Source of the DNA: Methanoculleus sp. 7T
GTDB lineage: Archaea; Halobacteriota; Methanomicrobia; Methanomicrobiales; Methanoculleaceae
Direction: 5' to 3'
Assembly: GCF_023195915.1 (NCBI RefSeq)
Contig: NZ_JALPRP010000001.1
Span: 1,928,797 to 1,952,796 of the forward strand
Length of the DNA: 24,000 bases
Position 1 is the first letter of the stretch. The number at the start of each line of letters is the position of its first letter. The notes below the pieces were generated by a model. It was not told the DNA's origin. It searched no databases and saw nothing but the letters and a program-made list of their open reading frames with translations. Position numbers and translations under genes: made by a program. Positions 16,271 to 24,000 of this stretch are shown here, piece after piece.

Positions 16271-16300
16271 GATACGCCTCCTCCGATGTTCATACTTCTA

Positions 16301-16756
16301 TCAACTCGCTGTACCGCCACCGGCTGCTCTCTCCTCCTCGGGCCTCCATGCAAGCGCGGCGTCGACCACCTCTTTTGGGATGCGTTCGCCCGCGATCATC
16401 CGCCCATGGGCGTTCAGGACAGCATCCCGGAACCTCTTCGCCCACAGATGCTCGAACAGAAACAGCGCCGCAGAACTGTTGTTCTCCATGATCTCGCCGA
16501 CCTTGCGGATATCCTCTTCGGCAAGAAGTGTAGTCGCCTCCCGTGCGAGCGGGGCGAATGCATTTGCCGCATCTTTTTGAAGATCGCCGAGTTCCATCGC
16601 GCTGACGTTGCCCTGTTCGTCCTTCCTCACGAAGACCAGGTCGATGATTCGGATGACGCCCTTGTCGACCACCTCACGCAACGCCGGGAGAATCTCGCCT
16701 TTGAACTGGTTCCCCGGGAATTCGATGACCATATACTCCACCGGACCAAGAGACAT
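16301..16756 (-). CDS. DUF6325/DUF1269-like protein (MxxGPVEYxVIEFPGN family)
   Basis: The track ORF runs to 16885. The internal ATG at 16756 gives MSLGPVEYMVIEFPGNQFKGEILPALREVVDKGVIRIIDLVFVRKDEQGNV. This is the conserved N-terminus I recall for this family, which is often paired with a SHOCT gene. It lies 30 nt upstream of the SHOCT gene. Confidence 0.75.
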   Translation of the reverse strand: MSLGPVEYMVIEFPGNQFKGEILPALREVVDKGVIRIIDLVFVRKDEQGNVSAMELGDLQKDAANAFAPLAREATTLLAEEDIRKVGEIMENNSSAALFLFEHLWAKRFRDAVLNAHGRMIAGERIPKEVVDAALAWRPEEERAAGGGTAS

Positions 16757-17178
16757 AGCGCGCCTCCGGAGCAGGATGCCGGTCCAACTATATAACCCAG
16801 ACTGCTGCACGGTATACCAACTGTTTCCATCGGCGTTTGGGTTCGAAGAGGCGATAAAACGCCGCTTGGGCCCCCTGAGGTCCAACTCTCCGGCAGACCG
16901 ATGATACTTGAGACGTCGGGAGAAGGATGACGTCAGGACCGGTGCCCGGCCCGGCAGGGAGCGATCCCGTACGAAGAGACGCAGGGTTTAAATACCGGAA
17001 TTGCATCAGAACTCGATGTCATCTCCGGCTGGTTTCTGCATGGGTCATCATCCGGCGGCATTCCATTCGCCCCTGCGATAGGCTACGTCCTCACTCCTCA
17101 AGGCCCGAACCACGGCATTCTCGCGGAAATGCGATACCTAACCGCCGGAGCACGGATCCGATCTGAGAGGTATCCCCT

Positions 17179-18585
17179 ATGACGTCTGAACACGGCAAAG
17201 TTACAGGTTTTGTCCTCGTCGTGGCCGCAATCGCCGCCATTGCCGGGATACTCTTTGGGTTCGATACCGGTGTCATCTCGGGAGCGATTCTGTTCATCAA
17301 CGAGGAATTCAGTCTCACGCATGTCATGACCGAAGTGGCGGTGAGTTCCGTGCTGGTGGGCGCAATCATCGGGGCGCTCTTCGGAGGGTCTCTCTCCGAC
17401 AGGGTGGGCCGCCGCAGTTCCATTCTGGCCGCCTCGGTGATCTTCCTCATCGGCACGTTCGTGGTCGCCCTCTCCTCTCTCTTCTCCATATTTCTCATCG
17501 GCAGGATCCTGATCGGGATAGCGATCGGGATCGCCTCGTTCGTCGCTCCGCTCTATATCTCCGAAGTTGCGCCCGAGAGTATCAGGGGGGCTCTCGTATC
17601 GCTCAACCAACTTCTGATAACGATCGGGATCCTGATCGCCTACGGTGTGAATTACTACTTTGCAGCGGCCGGCGATTGGCGTGCGATGTTTTTTGCGGGC
17701 GTGATACCGGGCACGATCCTTCTCATCGGCATGTACCTGATGCCCCGAAGCCCCCGGTGGCTGGTGTTCATGAACCGCCCCGATGCCGCTGCAAGCGTCC
17801 TGCAGAAGATCCGCGGCACTACTGATGTCTCGGAAGAATTGAACGATATCAAGAGGAGCGTTCGTGAGGAGGGGGCCGGCACATGGTCGGATCTGGTTGC
17901 GCCCGCGGTCAGGCTTCCGCTGGTCCTCGGCGTCGGCCTGGCGGTCCTCCAGCAGGCGACCGGCATCAACACCGTCATCTACTACGCCCCGACCATCTTC
18001 CAGTTTGCCGGTCTCGCGGAAGCAACCGCCTCGATTGCCGCAACGGTCGGGATCGGTATCGTGAATGTCTTGGTAACCCTAGTCGCTATCTGGCTTGTCG
18101 ATAGGGCGGGACGCCGCCCGCTGCTCCTGTGGAGCGTTGCCGGTATGGGTATCGCCATGCTGATTCTCGGGACCGGGTTTGCCCTCAGTAACGGTGGCGC
18201 CGGAGAGACGGCTGTGTCGTTAGGGCTGGTTACCGCGATAGGCCTCATCATCTACGTAGCCTCCTTTGCGGTGGGCCTTGGACCGATCTTCTGGTTGATC
18301 ATCTCCGAGATCTATCCGCTCAGCGTGCGGGGGTTGGCCATGAGCCTCGCGACGGTCACGAACTGGGCTGCAAACTTCATCATTGCGGCGACGTTCCTCT
18401 CGATGGTGAACCTCATCGGCCAGTCCGGTGTCTTTCTCCTGTACGCCCTGGTCGCCCTGCTGGCGTGGCTGTTCATATTCAAACTCGTACCGGAGACAAA
18501 AGGAATGTCCCTAGAGCAGATCGAGGCATACTTCCGGTCCCGTGCACATCTGCGTTCGGGTGGAGAGGAGAAGGGGGCAGAATAA
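17179..18585 (+). CDS. MFS sugar-porter family transporter (sugar/inositol:H+ symporter type)
   Basis: 468 aa with about 12 hydrophobic segments. Signature motifs are GFDTGVISGA, LSDRVGRRSS, PRSPRWLV (PESPRW variant), QQATGINTVIYYAP and VPETKGMSLEQIE. Confidence 0.95.
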   Translation: MTSEHGKVTGFVLVVAAIAAIAGILFGFDTGVISGAILFINEEFSLTHVMTEVAVSSVLVGAIIGALFGGSLSDRVGRRSSILAASVIFLIGTFVVALSSLFSIFLIGRILIGIAIGIASFVAPLYISEVAPESIRGALVSLNQLLITIGILIAYGVNYYFAAAGDWRAMFFAGVIPGTILLIGMYLMPRSPRWLVFMNRPDAAASVLQKIRGTTDVSEELNDIKRSVREEGAGTWSDLVAPAVRLPLVLGVGLAVLQQATGINTVIYYAPTIFQFAGLAEATASIAATVGIGIVNVLVTLVAIWLVDRAGRRPLLLWSVAGMGIAMLILGTGFALSNGGAGETAVSLGLVTAIGLIIYVASFAVGLGPIFWLIISEIYPLSVRGLAMSLATVTNWAANFIIAATFLSMVNLIGQSGVFLLYALVALLAWLFIFKLVPETKGMSLEQIEAYFRSRAHLRSGGEEKGAE

Positions 18586-18896
18586 CGAGGAGGTTATCCC
18601 CAACCCCCTATGGGGCCGCAGGCTCGACCGGTGAACATCGGGGTGGTGGAGCGGATACAAATGACCGGGTTGTTCCCCAGTGCGCCTCCGGCACTCGAAC
18701 TCTCGTCCTGTGAGGATCAGAGGAGGTTGCCGGGCAGAGACTTGTCTAGGGAAAATCTCCTTCTCTCGATATGATACCCGGTGAGATGTTCGACTGCCGC
18801 CCGGCAGGGACATAGCGCCGAGGAATGATGTTCCTATCGGGGCGTCCATACTTTTGGAATGTGCTCGAGGTGTAAAACTGGGCGAGTTCCCGGCAG

Positions 18897-18906
18897 TTAT
18901 TTATAT
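18897..18906 (+). promoter_or_regulatory. TATA box upstream of the PsiE-like gene (consistent with a leaderless mRNA)
   Basis: ttatttatat is centred about 27 nt upstream of ATG 18929. It is the only A/T block in a GC-rich spacer. Confidence 0.35.
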
Positions 18907-18928
18907 CGATCTGCATGATAGGCCGTGC

Positions 18929-19381
18929 ATGCACCACTTCGTGGAGCGGTTTGAGCATTTTACCTACCTCGTGCTCATTTTGTTCTTGGTAGTGGTACTG
19001 CTCTTTACGCTCCTCGAACTGGGGTGGCTGACGTTCATAGGGCTGTTTGAGGTTTCTCCCTTCCGGCTTGAGAGCCCGGAGTTGTTCGAACTCTTCGGGT
19101 ACTTTCTGCTGGTCCTCATCGGCCTGGAACTCCTGGAGACGATAAAAGCGTACCTGGAGAGGAGGGAGTTCCACGTCGAGATCATCCTTCTCGTCGCGAT
19201 CATCGCTATCGCAAGAAAAGTTATCCTCCTAGGTTCGGCAACTCCGGGCGAGCTTGTCGGTATCGCGCTGATCATCATCGCTCTCTGCGGCGGTTATTAC
19301 CTCTTACGCCGGGCGGGACTGCCGTATTCTCTCTCGTCGGACAACCGTGTATCCTCATCCGAGAGGCAAGAGGAACCCTAA
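18929..19381 (+). CDS. PsiE-like (phosphate-starvation-inducible E family) membrane protein
   Basis: The track ORF starts at 18854. ATG 18929 sits at TATA+27. Four hydrophobic segments and the motif LIGLELLETIKAYL...ILLVAIIAIARKVILL resemble the PsiE family. Confidence 0.65.
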   Translation: MHHFVERFEHFTYLVLILFLVVVLLFTLLELGWLTFIGLFEVSPFRLESPELFELFGYFLLVLIGLELLETIKAYLERREFHVEIILLVAIIAIARKVILLGSATPGELVGIALIIIALCGGYYLLRRAGLPYSLSSDNRVSSSERQEEP

Positions 19382-19429
19382 ATGGGCAGCCGGCAAAAAT
19401 CGAGGGTTCCAAGCGAACTCGCTCTACGA

Positions 19430-20923
19430 TTACTCCGGCAACCGCAAATCAGACTGGTCTGGGGCCTGGGGAACCTGACCCGTGGGCAGTAGGATCGCGG
19501 CTACGAGACCGATCACCGCGAAAAACGCCAGAACAACCAAGGCCAGGGCGTAGCCCAGATTCCCCGTGACCAGGCTGGATACGATGACGGTGCCTGCGAT
19601 GGCCACGCCGAGCGAGGAGCCCAGGTTTGAGACACTGCGTGACAGGCCCGATATCTCCCCCTGATCCTCTTCGGGAAAACTGGACTGCACGATGTTGACC
19701 GAGGACGTCAACATGACCCCGACACCTATGCCGACCAGAAAGAGGCCCGGCACGAAGGTAAAGACGTTGGATGTCTCCCGCACCAGCAACAGCAGGAGGA
19801 AAATGCCGCCGACCGTCACGATAAAGCCCGCCCGGATCAGTGTTGCCTGGGAACGCCTCCGCGCCAGCCTGCCCGCGGCCATCGAGGAGAGCAAAATGCC
19901 GATCGTGGCCGGCGTAAGGATCAAACCGGTCTCGATTGCGTTGTAGCCCCGTACCGTCTGCAGGTAGACGGATACCACAAAAGAGAGGCCCAGCAGGACC
20001 AGCCACTGGATGTTCTGCGTGACGAGGCCGAGGTTGGATGTGCGGTTCTTAAACAGCCTGGTGGAGAGCAGAGGCTCCTTGCCCGCCCGTTCCATGGACC
20101 GGATGTGCCAGAAGAACCAGACCAGTAAAACCAATCCGATAAGCACGAACAGCCATACCGGCGAGATGCCGCCCTGCGGGATCACGACCACATTGCCGAT
20201 GACGAAATCCTGACTGGCCTTAAACCAGCCGTACGTCGAGGCCTGCAGGATGCCGACCACCACGAAGAACAGCCCCGTCGCCGAGAGGATGGTTCCGACG
20301 ATGTCTAATCTGGGTTTTGGGCCCTGAACGCCAGGATCGACGATCTTCCGGCTCTGGATGATGACTATGCCGACAACAAGAGCCTGCACGACAAAGGCGG
20401 CCCGCCAGCTGATCGCGGTGGTGATGATCCCGCCGACCAGCGGGCCTGCCGCCGCCCCGATGCCCCCTGCCGCGCTGATCGCGCCAAAAGCGCGGGCACG
20501 TGAGGTGAGGTCGGGAGAAAAGACCGTTGCGAGGATATACACGGGTGGGATCAGCAGCGCGGTCCCAATGCCTTCGAGGAGCGAATAACCGAGTATCAGG
20601 ACCCCGAGCCCCGGCGACGCTGCCGCTATCAGCGCTCCCACACCGTAAACCAAGAGGCCTCGCCTGAACAGATACGTGCGGCCCAGGATATCCGTCAGCT
20701 TGCTGCCGGGGATCATCAGGGCCGCCATGGTGAGCGTGAAAACGGCGATGGTCGTCTGAACACCGCTTACCGTCGTCCCCAGATCCGTGGCGATGTTGCT
20801 TATGGCCACGTTCATGTTCGAGGCAGCGTAACTGCAGATGAACTGGGCCAGCGCAAGCGGCAGGAGCACACCCTGCGGGGTTGCCGTCGGTGTCCGGGGA
20901 ACCTGGTCGGATGTGCTCTCCAT
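19430..20923 (-). CDS. MFS transporter, DHA2 (EmrB/QacA-type, 14-TMS) drug:H+ antiporter family
   Basis: 497 aa with about 14 hydrophobic segments. Motif-A-like GSKLTDILGRTYLFRRG, and glycine-rich ISAAGGIGAAAGPLVGG. Confidence 0.93.
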   Translation of the reverse strand: MESTSDQVPRTPTATPQGVLLPLALAQFICSYAASNMNVAISNIATDLGTTVSGVQTTIAVFTLTMAALMIPGSKLTDILGRTYLFRRGLLVYGVGALIAAASPGLGVLILGYSLLEGIGTALLIPPVYILATVFSPDLTSRARAFGAISAAGGIGAAAGPLVGGIITTAISWRAAFVVQALVVGIVIIQSRKIVDPGVQGPKPRLDIVGTILSATGLFFVVVGILQASTYGWFKASQDFVIGNVVVIPQGGISPVWLFVLIGLVLLVWFFWHIRSMERAGKEPLLSTRLFKNRTSNLGLVTQNIQWLVLLGLSFVVSVYLQTVRGYNAIETGLILTPATIGILLSSMAAGRLARRRSQATLIRAGFIVTVGGIFLLLLLVRETSNVFTFVPGLFLVGIGVGVMLTSSVNIVQSSFPEEDQGEISGLSRSVSNLGSSLGVAIAGTVIVSSLVTGNLGYALALVVLAFFAVIGLVAAILLPTGQVPQAPDQSDLRLPE

Positions 20924-21154
20924 GCTACCCTCGAGTAAGGCAGGTCAAGAGGTAATGCAGTATATTAACATTACTGTCTGAAATATTGCCCGGCAGATCA
21001 GGTTCTCCCGCCCTGTTCGGTTTCCAGATGCCGGGCTCTTCAAGAGACTCCGGCAGGGGTACAGGTCGTGCTCTACCGTATCTTTCCCTCTTTGAATCAC
21101 GGGTAAGTTCTTTTGCAAAATGGAGAAAAACTGCGTAATTCTTCGAGAATGCCG

Positions 21155-21164
21155 AAAAGTATAT
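21155..21164 (+). promoter_or_regulatory. TATA-like box upstream of the glucosidase gene (consistent with a leaderless or very short leader)
   Basis: aaaagtatat is centred about 30 nt upstream of ATG 21190, in the divergent spacer shared with the DHA2 gene. Confidence 0.35.
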
Positions 21165-21189
21165 CCGTTTCCTTTCCACCTGACCCCGC

Positions 21190-23994
21190 ATGTCATCCGC
21201 AAATGCTGTTGCCGCGACACAGGAGGGAGAGCGGCTTCGGGAGGTCTATGAGCAGGACGTGCCCTGGCGCAGGTGGGGGCCCTACCTGAGCGAGCGGCAG
21301 TGGGGGACGGTAAGGGAGGATTACAGCGACGATGGCAATGCCTGGGCATATTTTCCTCACGATCATGCCCGTTCCCGCACCTACCTCTGGGGGGAGGACG
21401 GGATTGCAGGCCTCTCGGACGACTCCCAGCGACTCTGTTTTGCGCTCGCCCTCTGGAACGGTGTCGATCCGTTCCTGAAAGAGCGGCTCTTCGGCCTTAC
21501 GAACGCCGAGGGGAACCACGGCGAGGACGTGAAGGAGTATTACTACTACCTGGACAACACCCCGACACATTCCTACATGAAGTACCTCTACAAGTATCCG
21601 CAGGCGGCGTTCCCGTACGACGATCTTGTAGAGACGAACAAGAAACGTACCCGTGACGAACCGGAGTACGAACTCATCGATACCGGCATATTCGACGACG
21701 ACCGCTACTTCGACGTCTTTGTTGAGTATGCGAAGGATTCCCCTGAGGATATCCTGATCCAGATCACGGTATGGAACCGGGGACCTGATGAGGCAACCCT
21801 GCACCTCCTGCCGACGCTGTGGTTCCGCAATACCTGGTGGCTTGAGAAAGGCACCAGAAGGCCGCTCCTAAAACAGGTGGAAGGCCCTCCCGACACGAGC
21901 GTCGTTCAGGCCGGCCACCCGGCCCTTGGGAACCGGTATCTCTATTGTGAGGGCGCCCCGGAACTGCTCTTCACCGAGAACGAGACGAACACGGAACGTA
22001 TATCAGGCACCCCGAACGCCAGCCCTTACGTCAAGGACGGCATCAACGACTACGTTGTATCCGGCCGATACGCGGCGGTGAACCCAGCCCGGACCGGGAC
22101 GAAAGCCTCGGCCTACTTCCCGCTGACCACTCCCGGCGGGGAGAGCCGGGTTATACGGCTGCGGTTGAGCGAGACCCCTCCCCCGGCACCGGTAGGAGCG
22201 AGCACAACCGAGGAAGACACCCCTTTCGGAAGCCGGTTTGAGGAGACATTGAGCCTCCGGAAGCAGGAAGCGGATGCGTTCTACGACAATATCACCCCCC
22301 CGTCGGTCGGTTCGGATGCGGCGAACGTGATGCGCCAGGCGCTCGCCGGTATGCTCTGGACGAAGCAGTATTACTTCTACGACCTGGATCGCTGGCTTCG
22401 TCAGCACGGGTCCAATATGGCTCTCGGTAGCAAATGCCCAGTCCGCAACAGCCAGTGGTTCCACATGTACAATGCAGACGTCATCTCGATGCCGGACAAG
22501 TGGGAATACCCTTGGTATGCGGCTTGGGATCTCGCATTCCATCTGGGCGCTATCACGATGATCGATCCGGGTTTCGCCAAACAGCAGTTGGAGTTGATAC
22601 TGCACGAACGCTACCTCCATCCCAACGGCCAGATACCGGCCTATGAGTGGAACTTCAGCGATGTCAACCCCCCGGTGCATGCCTGGGCCGCCCTGTTCAT
22701 CTACCACGTCGAGCGGGAGGTCTTCGGTGTCGCGGATGTCCGGTTCCTCGAGAAGGTATTCCAGAAGCTTCTGATGAACTTCACTTGGTGGGTGAACCGC
22801 AAGGACCGCTACGGCCAGAACGTCTTTGAAGGAGGGTTCCTCGGGCTCGATAACATCGGCGTCTTCGACCGCAGCGCAACAATCCCGTCGGGAGGGTATC
22901 TGGAGCAATCCGACGGAACCGCATGGATGGCGCTGTACTGCCAGAACATGCTGGAGATCGCCGCCAATCTTGCGATTCACGATCCGGTCTACGAGGAACT
23001 CGCCATCAAGTTCTACGAGCACTTTCTCTGGATCGCATCTGCGATGAACCGCATGGGCGAGAATCAGGAGGGGATGTGGGACGAGTGGGACGGGTTCTTC
23101 TACGATCTCCTCCACCTGCCGGACGGTAGCGCAACCCGCCTGAAGGTGCGGACCCTCGTGGGTCTCCTCTCCCTCTGCTCAAGCACTGTCTTCTCGGTGG
23201 AGATGCTCACAGAGCTGCCGGTTTTCCTCGAACGCGCACGTTCGTTCACCCAGAATCATCCGCTTCTCACCGCCAACATCACGTCGCCCGGCCGGGCCGG
23301 GTTCCAGGGTCGCCGCCTCCTCTCTCTGGTAAATGAAGAGAGATTGCGGCGGATTCTCTCAAGAATGCTGGATGAGGAGGAGTTCTTGAGCGACTACGGT
23401 ATCCGCTCCATCTCCCGTATCCATGCCGAGGACCCGTACAACTTCATACTGGACGGGCAGGAGTTCCGGGTCGAATACCAGCCTGCGGAGTCCAATTCGA
23501 GTATGTTCGGCGGGAACTCAAACTGGCGGGGACCCATCTGGTTCCCGATGAACATCGTGATCATCAGGAGCCTGCTCAACCTGTATTCGTTCTACGGGAA
23601 CAGCTTCACCGTCGAGTGTCCCACCGGCTCGGGCAAGTGGATGAACCTCTATGAGGTGAGCGAGGAGATCAAGAACCGGCTCGAGCGTATCTTCCTCCGG
23701 GATGAGGACGGTCGGCGCCCGGTCTTCGGAACCGTACCAAAGTTCCGAGAGGATCCGCACTGGCGCGACTACATCCTCTTCTACGAGTATTTCCACGGCG
23801 ACAACGGTGCAGGGCTGGGCGCAAGCCACCAGACCGGGTGGACCGGACTCATCGCCCGGCTTATTCAGGCGTATGCGTATATGACGCCGGAACAACTCCT
23901 GAAACCGGGAGGAAGGCAGTTCAGTTACAGGAGAAGTGCGGCTGCTCCTCCGCCGACCACTGAGGCCCCGCCGGCGGCACCGACTCCCCGCTGA
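21190..23994 (+). CDS. GH63-related / MGH1-like glycoside hydrolase (annotated 'glucosidase' family, ~900 aa class)
   Basis: 934-aa uninterrupted ORF with strong GC3. The conserved N-terminus WRRWGPYLSERQWGTVREDYS...NAWAYFPHDHARSRTYLWGEDGIAG and the central WFHMYNADVISMPDKWEYPWYAAWDLAFH block match my recollection of the bacterial/archaeal MGH1-like glucosidase family. The Pro/Ala/Thr-rich C-terminal tail is low-complexity. Confidence 0.9.
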   Translation: MSSANAVAATQEGERLREVYEQDVPWRRWGPYLSERQWGTVREDYSDDGNAWAYFPHDHARSRTYLWGEDGIAGLSDDSQRLCFALALWNGVDPFLKERLFGLTNAEGNHGEDVKEYYYYLDNTPTHSYMKYLYKYPQAAFPYDDLVETNKKRTRDEPEYELIDTGIFDDDRYFDVFVEYAKDSPEDILIQITVWNRGPDEATLHLLPTLWFRNTWWLEKGTRRPLLKQVEGPPDTSVVQAGHPALGNRYLYCEGAPELLFTENETNTERISGTPNASPYVKDGINDYVVSGRYAAVNPARTGTKASAYFPLTTPGGESRVIRLRLSETPPPAPVGASTTEEDTPFGSRFEETLSLRKQEADAFYDNITPPSVGSDAANVMRQALAGMLWTKQYYFYDLDRWLRQHGSNMALGSKCPVRNSQWFHMYNADVISMPDKWEYPWYAAWDLAFHLGAITMIDPGFAKQQLELILHERYLHPNGQIPAYEWNFSDVNPPVHAWAALFIYHVEREVFGVADVRFLEKVFQKLLMNFTWWVNRKDRYGQNVFEGGFLGLDNIGVFDRSATIPSGGYLEQSDGTAWMALYCQNMLEIAANLAIHDPVYEELAIKFYEHFLWIASAMNRMGENQEGMWDEWDGFFYDLLHLPDGSATRLKVRTLVGLLSLCSSTVFSVEMLTELPVFLERARSFTQNHPLLTANITSPGRAGFQGRRLLSLVNEERLRRILSRMLDEEEFLSDYGIRSISRIHAEDPYNFILDGQEFRVEYQPAESNSSMFGGNSNWRGPIWFPMNIVIIRSLLNLYSFYGNSFTVECPTGSGKWMNLYEVSEEIKNRLERIFLRDEDGRRPVFGTVPKFREDPHWRDYILFYEYFHGDNGAGLGASHQTGWTGLIARLIQAYAYMTPEQLLKPGGRQFSYRRSAAAPPPTTEAPPAAPTPR

Positions 23995-24000
23995 GGCGAT

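Noticed and set aside
15932-16885. 287-aa and 158-aa plus-strand ORFs, and the 43-codon N-terminal extension of the 194-aa minus ORF
   Set aside because: The plus ORFs are antisense to the SHOCT and DUF6325-like genes. The family-typical N-terminus MSLGPVEY begins at 16756, so the extension is unlikely to be translated.
16980-17000. gggtttaaataccgg as the promoter of the sugar porter or the DUF6325-like gene
   Set aside because: It is a good TATA-like string, but it lies about 185 nt from the porter ATG and about 230 nt from the minus-strand gene start. I cannot assign it to either gene without TSS data.
17091-18251. Minus-strand ORFs of 135, 170, 107 and 89 aa inside the sugar-porter gene
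   Set aside because: They are shadow ORFs opposite a gene with unambiguous MFS sugar-porter motifs.
19449-20006. 185-aa minus-strand alternative-frame ORF, and plus-strand ORFs within the DHA2 transporter gene
   Set aside because: Their translations are Gly/Arg/Pro-rich. The 497-aa frame has 14 TM segments and MFS motifs.
21193-23115. 203-aa and 370-aa minus-strand ORFs opposite the glucosidase gene
   Set aside because: They are long antisense ORFs typical of high-GC coding regions. They have no motifs, and the plus frame is a continuous 934-aa conserved hydrolase.
1-24000. tRNA/rRNA genes, integrase or transposase marking the island
   Set aside because: Scanning the intergenic regions on both strands showed no T-loop-like GGTTCGAATCC-type element with a matching acceptor stem. 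No recombinase-like ORF was seen either. This was done by eye only, so tRNAscan-SE/Infernal should confirm it.

Overview
The window looks like a high-GC archaeal chromosome segment. It has a TBP-family gene, a PGF-CTERM sorting signal, and TATA-like boxes about 25-35 nt upstream of several start codons. I cannot assign a finer taxon by eye. Composition is mosaic. (1) nt 1-8722 is a strongly A+T-rich block: spot counts of single 60-nt lines give about one third G+C, against about 60% in flanking genes. It carries four tightly coupled minus-strand genes. In transcription order they are a 537-aa protein with a CoiA-like zinc finger, an 831-aa coiled-coil protein, an orphan protein of about 346-352 aa, and a very large DEAH-box helicase with zinc-ribbon insertions. 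The helicase ORF is absent from the supplied ORF track because it stays open to nt 1; I translated it by hand (1192 codons, no stop). I consider this cassette the best candidate for an uncharacterised helicase-centred anti-mobile-element system. Its layout resembles Druantia, but the three accessory proteins are not ones I recognise. (2) nt 8984-11493 holds three predicted nuclease-family genes: PLD/HKD with zinc ribbons, GIY-YIG-like, and NERD. This fits a defence island. (3) nt 11.5-12.2 kb is a second A+T-rich islet with two overlapping small membrane-protein ORFs. (4) Next come a frameshifted TBP paralogue and about 1 kb with no confidently callable gene. That stretch contains seven helically phased copies of TGACAGCA built around a perfect 16-bp inverted repeat. 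(5) nt 13.8-24 kb is ordinary high-GC gene content. It holds a PGF-CTERM surface protein, a secreted hypothetical, a DUF6325-like/SHOCT pair, a sugar-porter MFS transporter, a PsiE-like membrane protein, a DHA2 MFS exporter and a 934-aa GH63/MGH1-like glucosidase. I found no tRNA, rRNA, CRISPR array, transposase or integrase.
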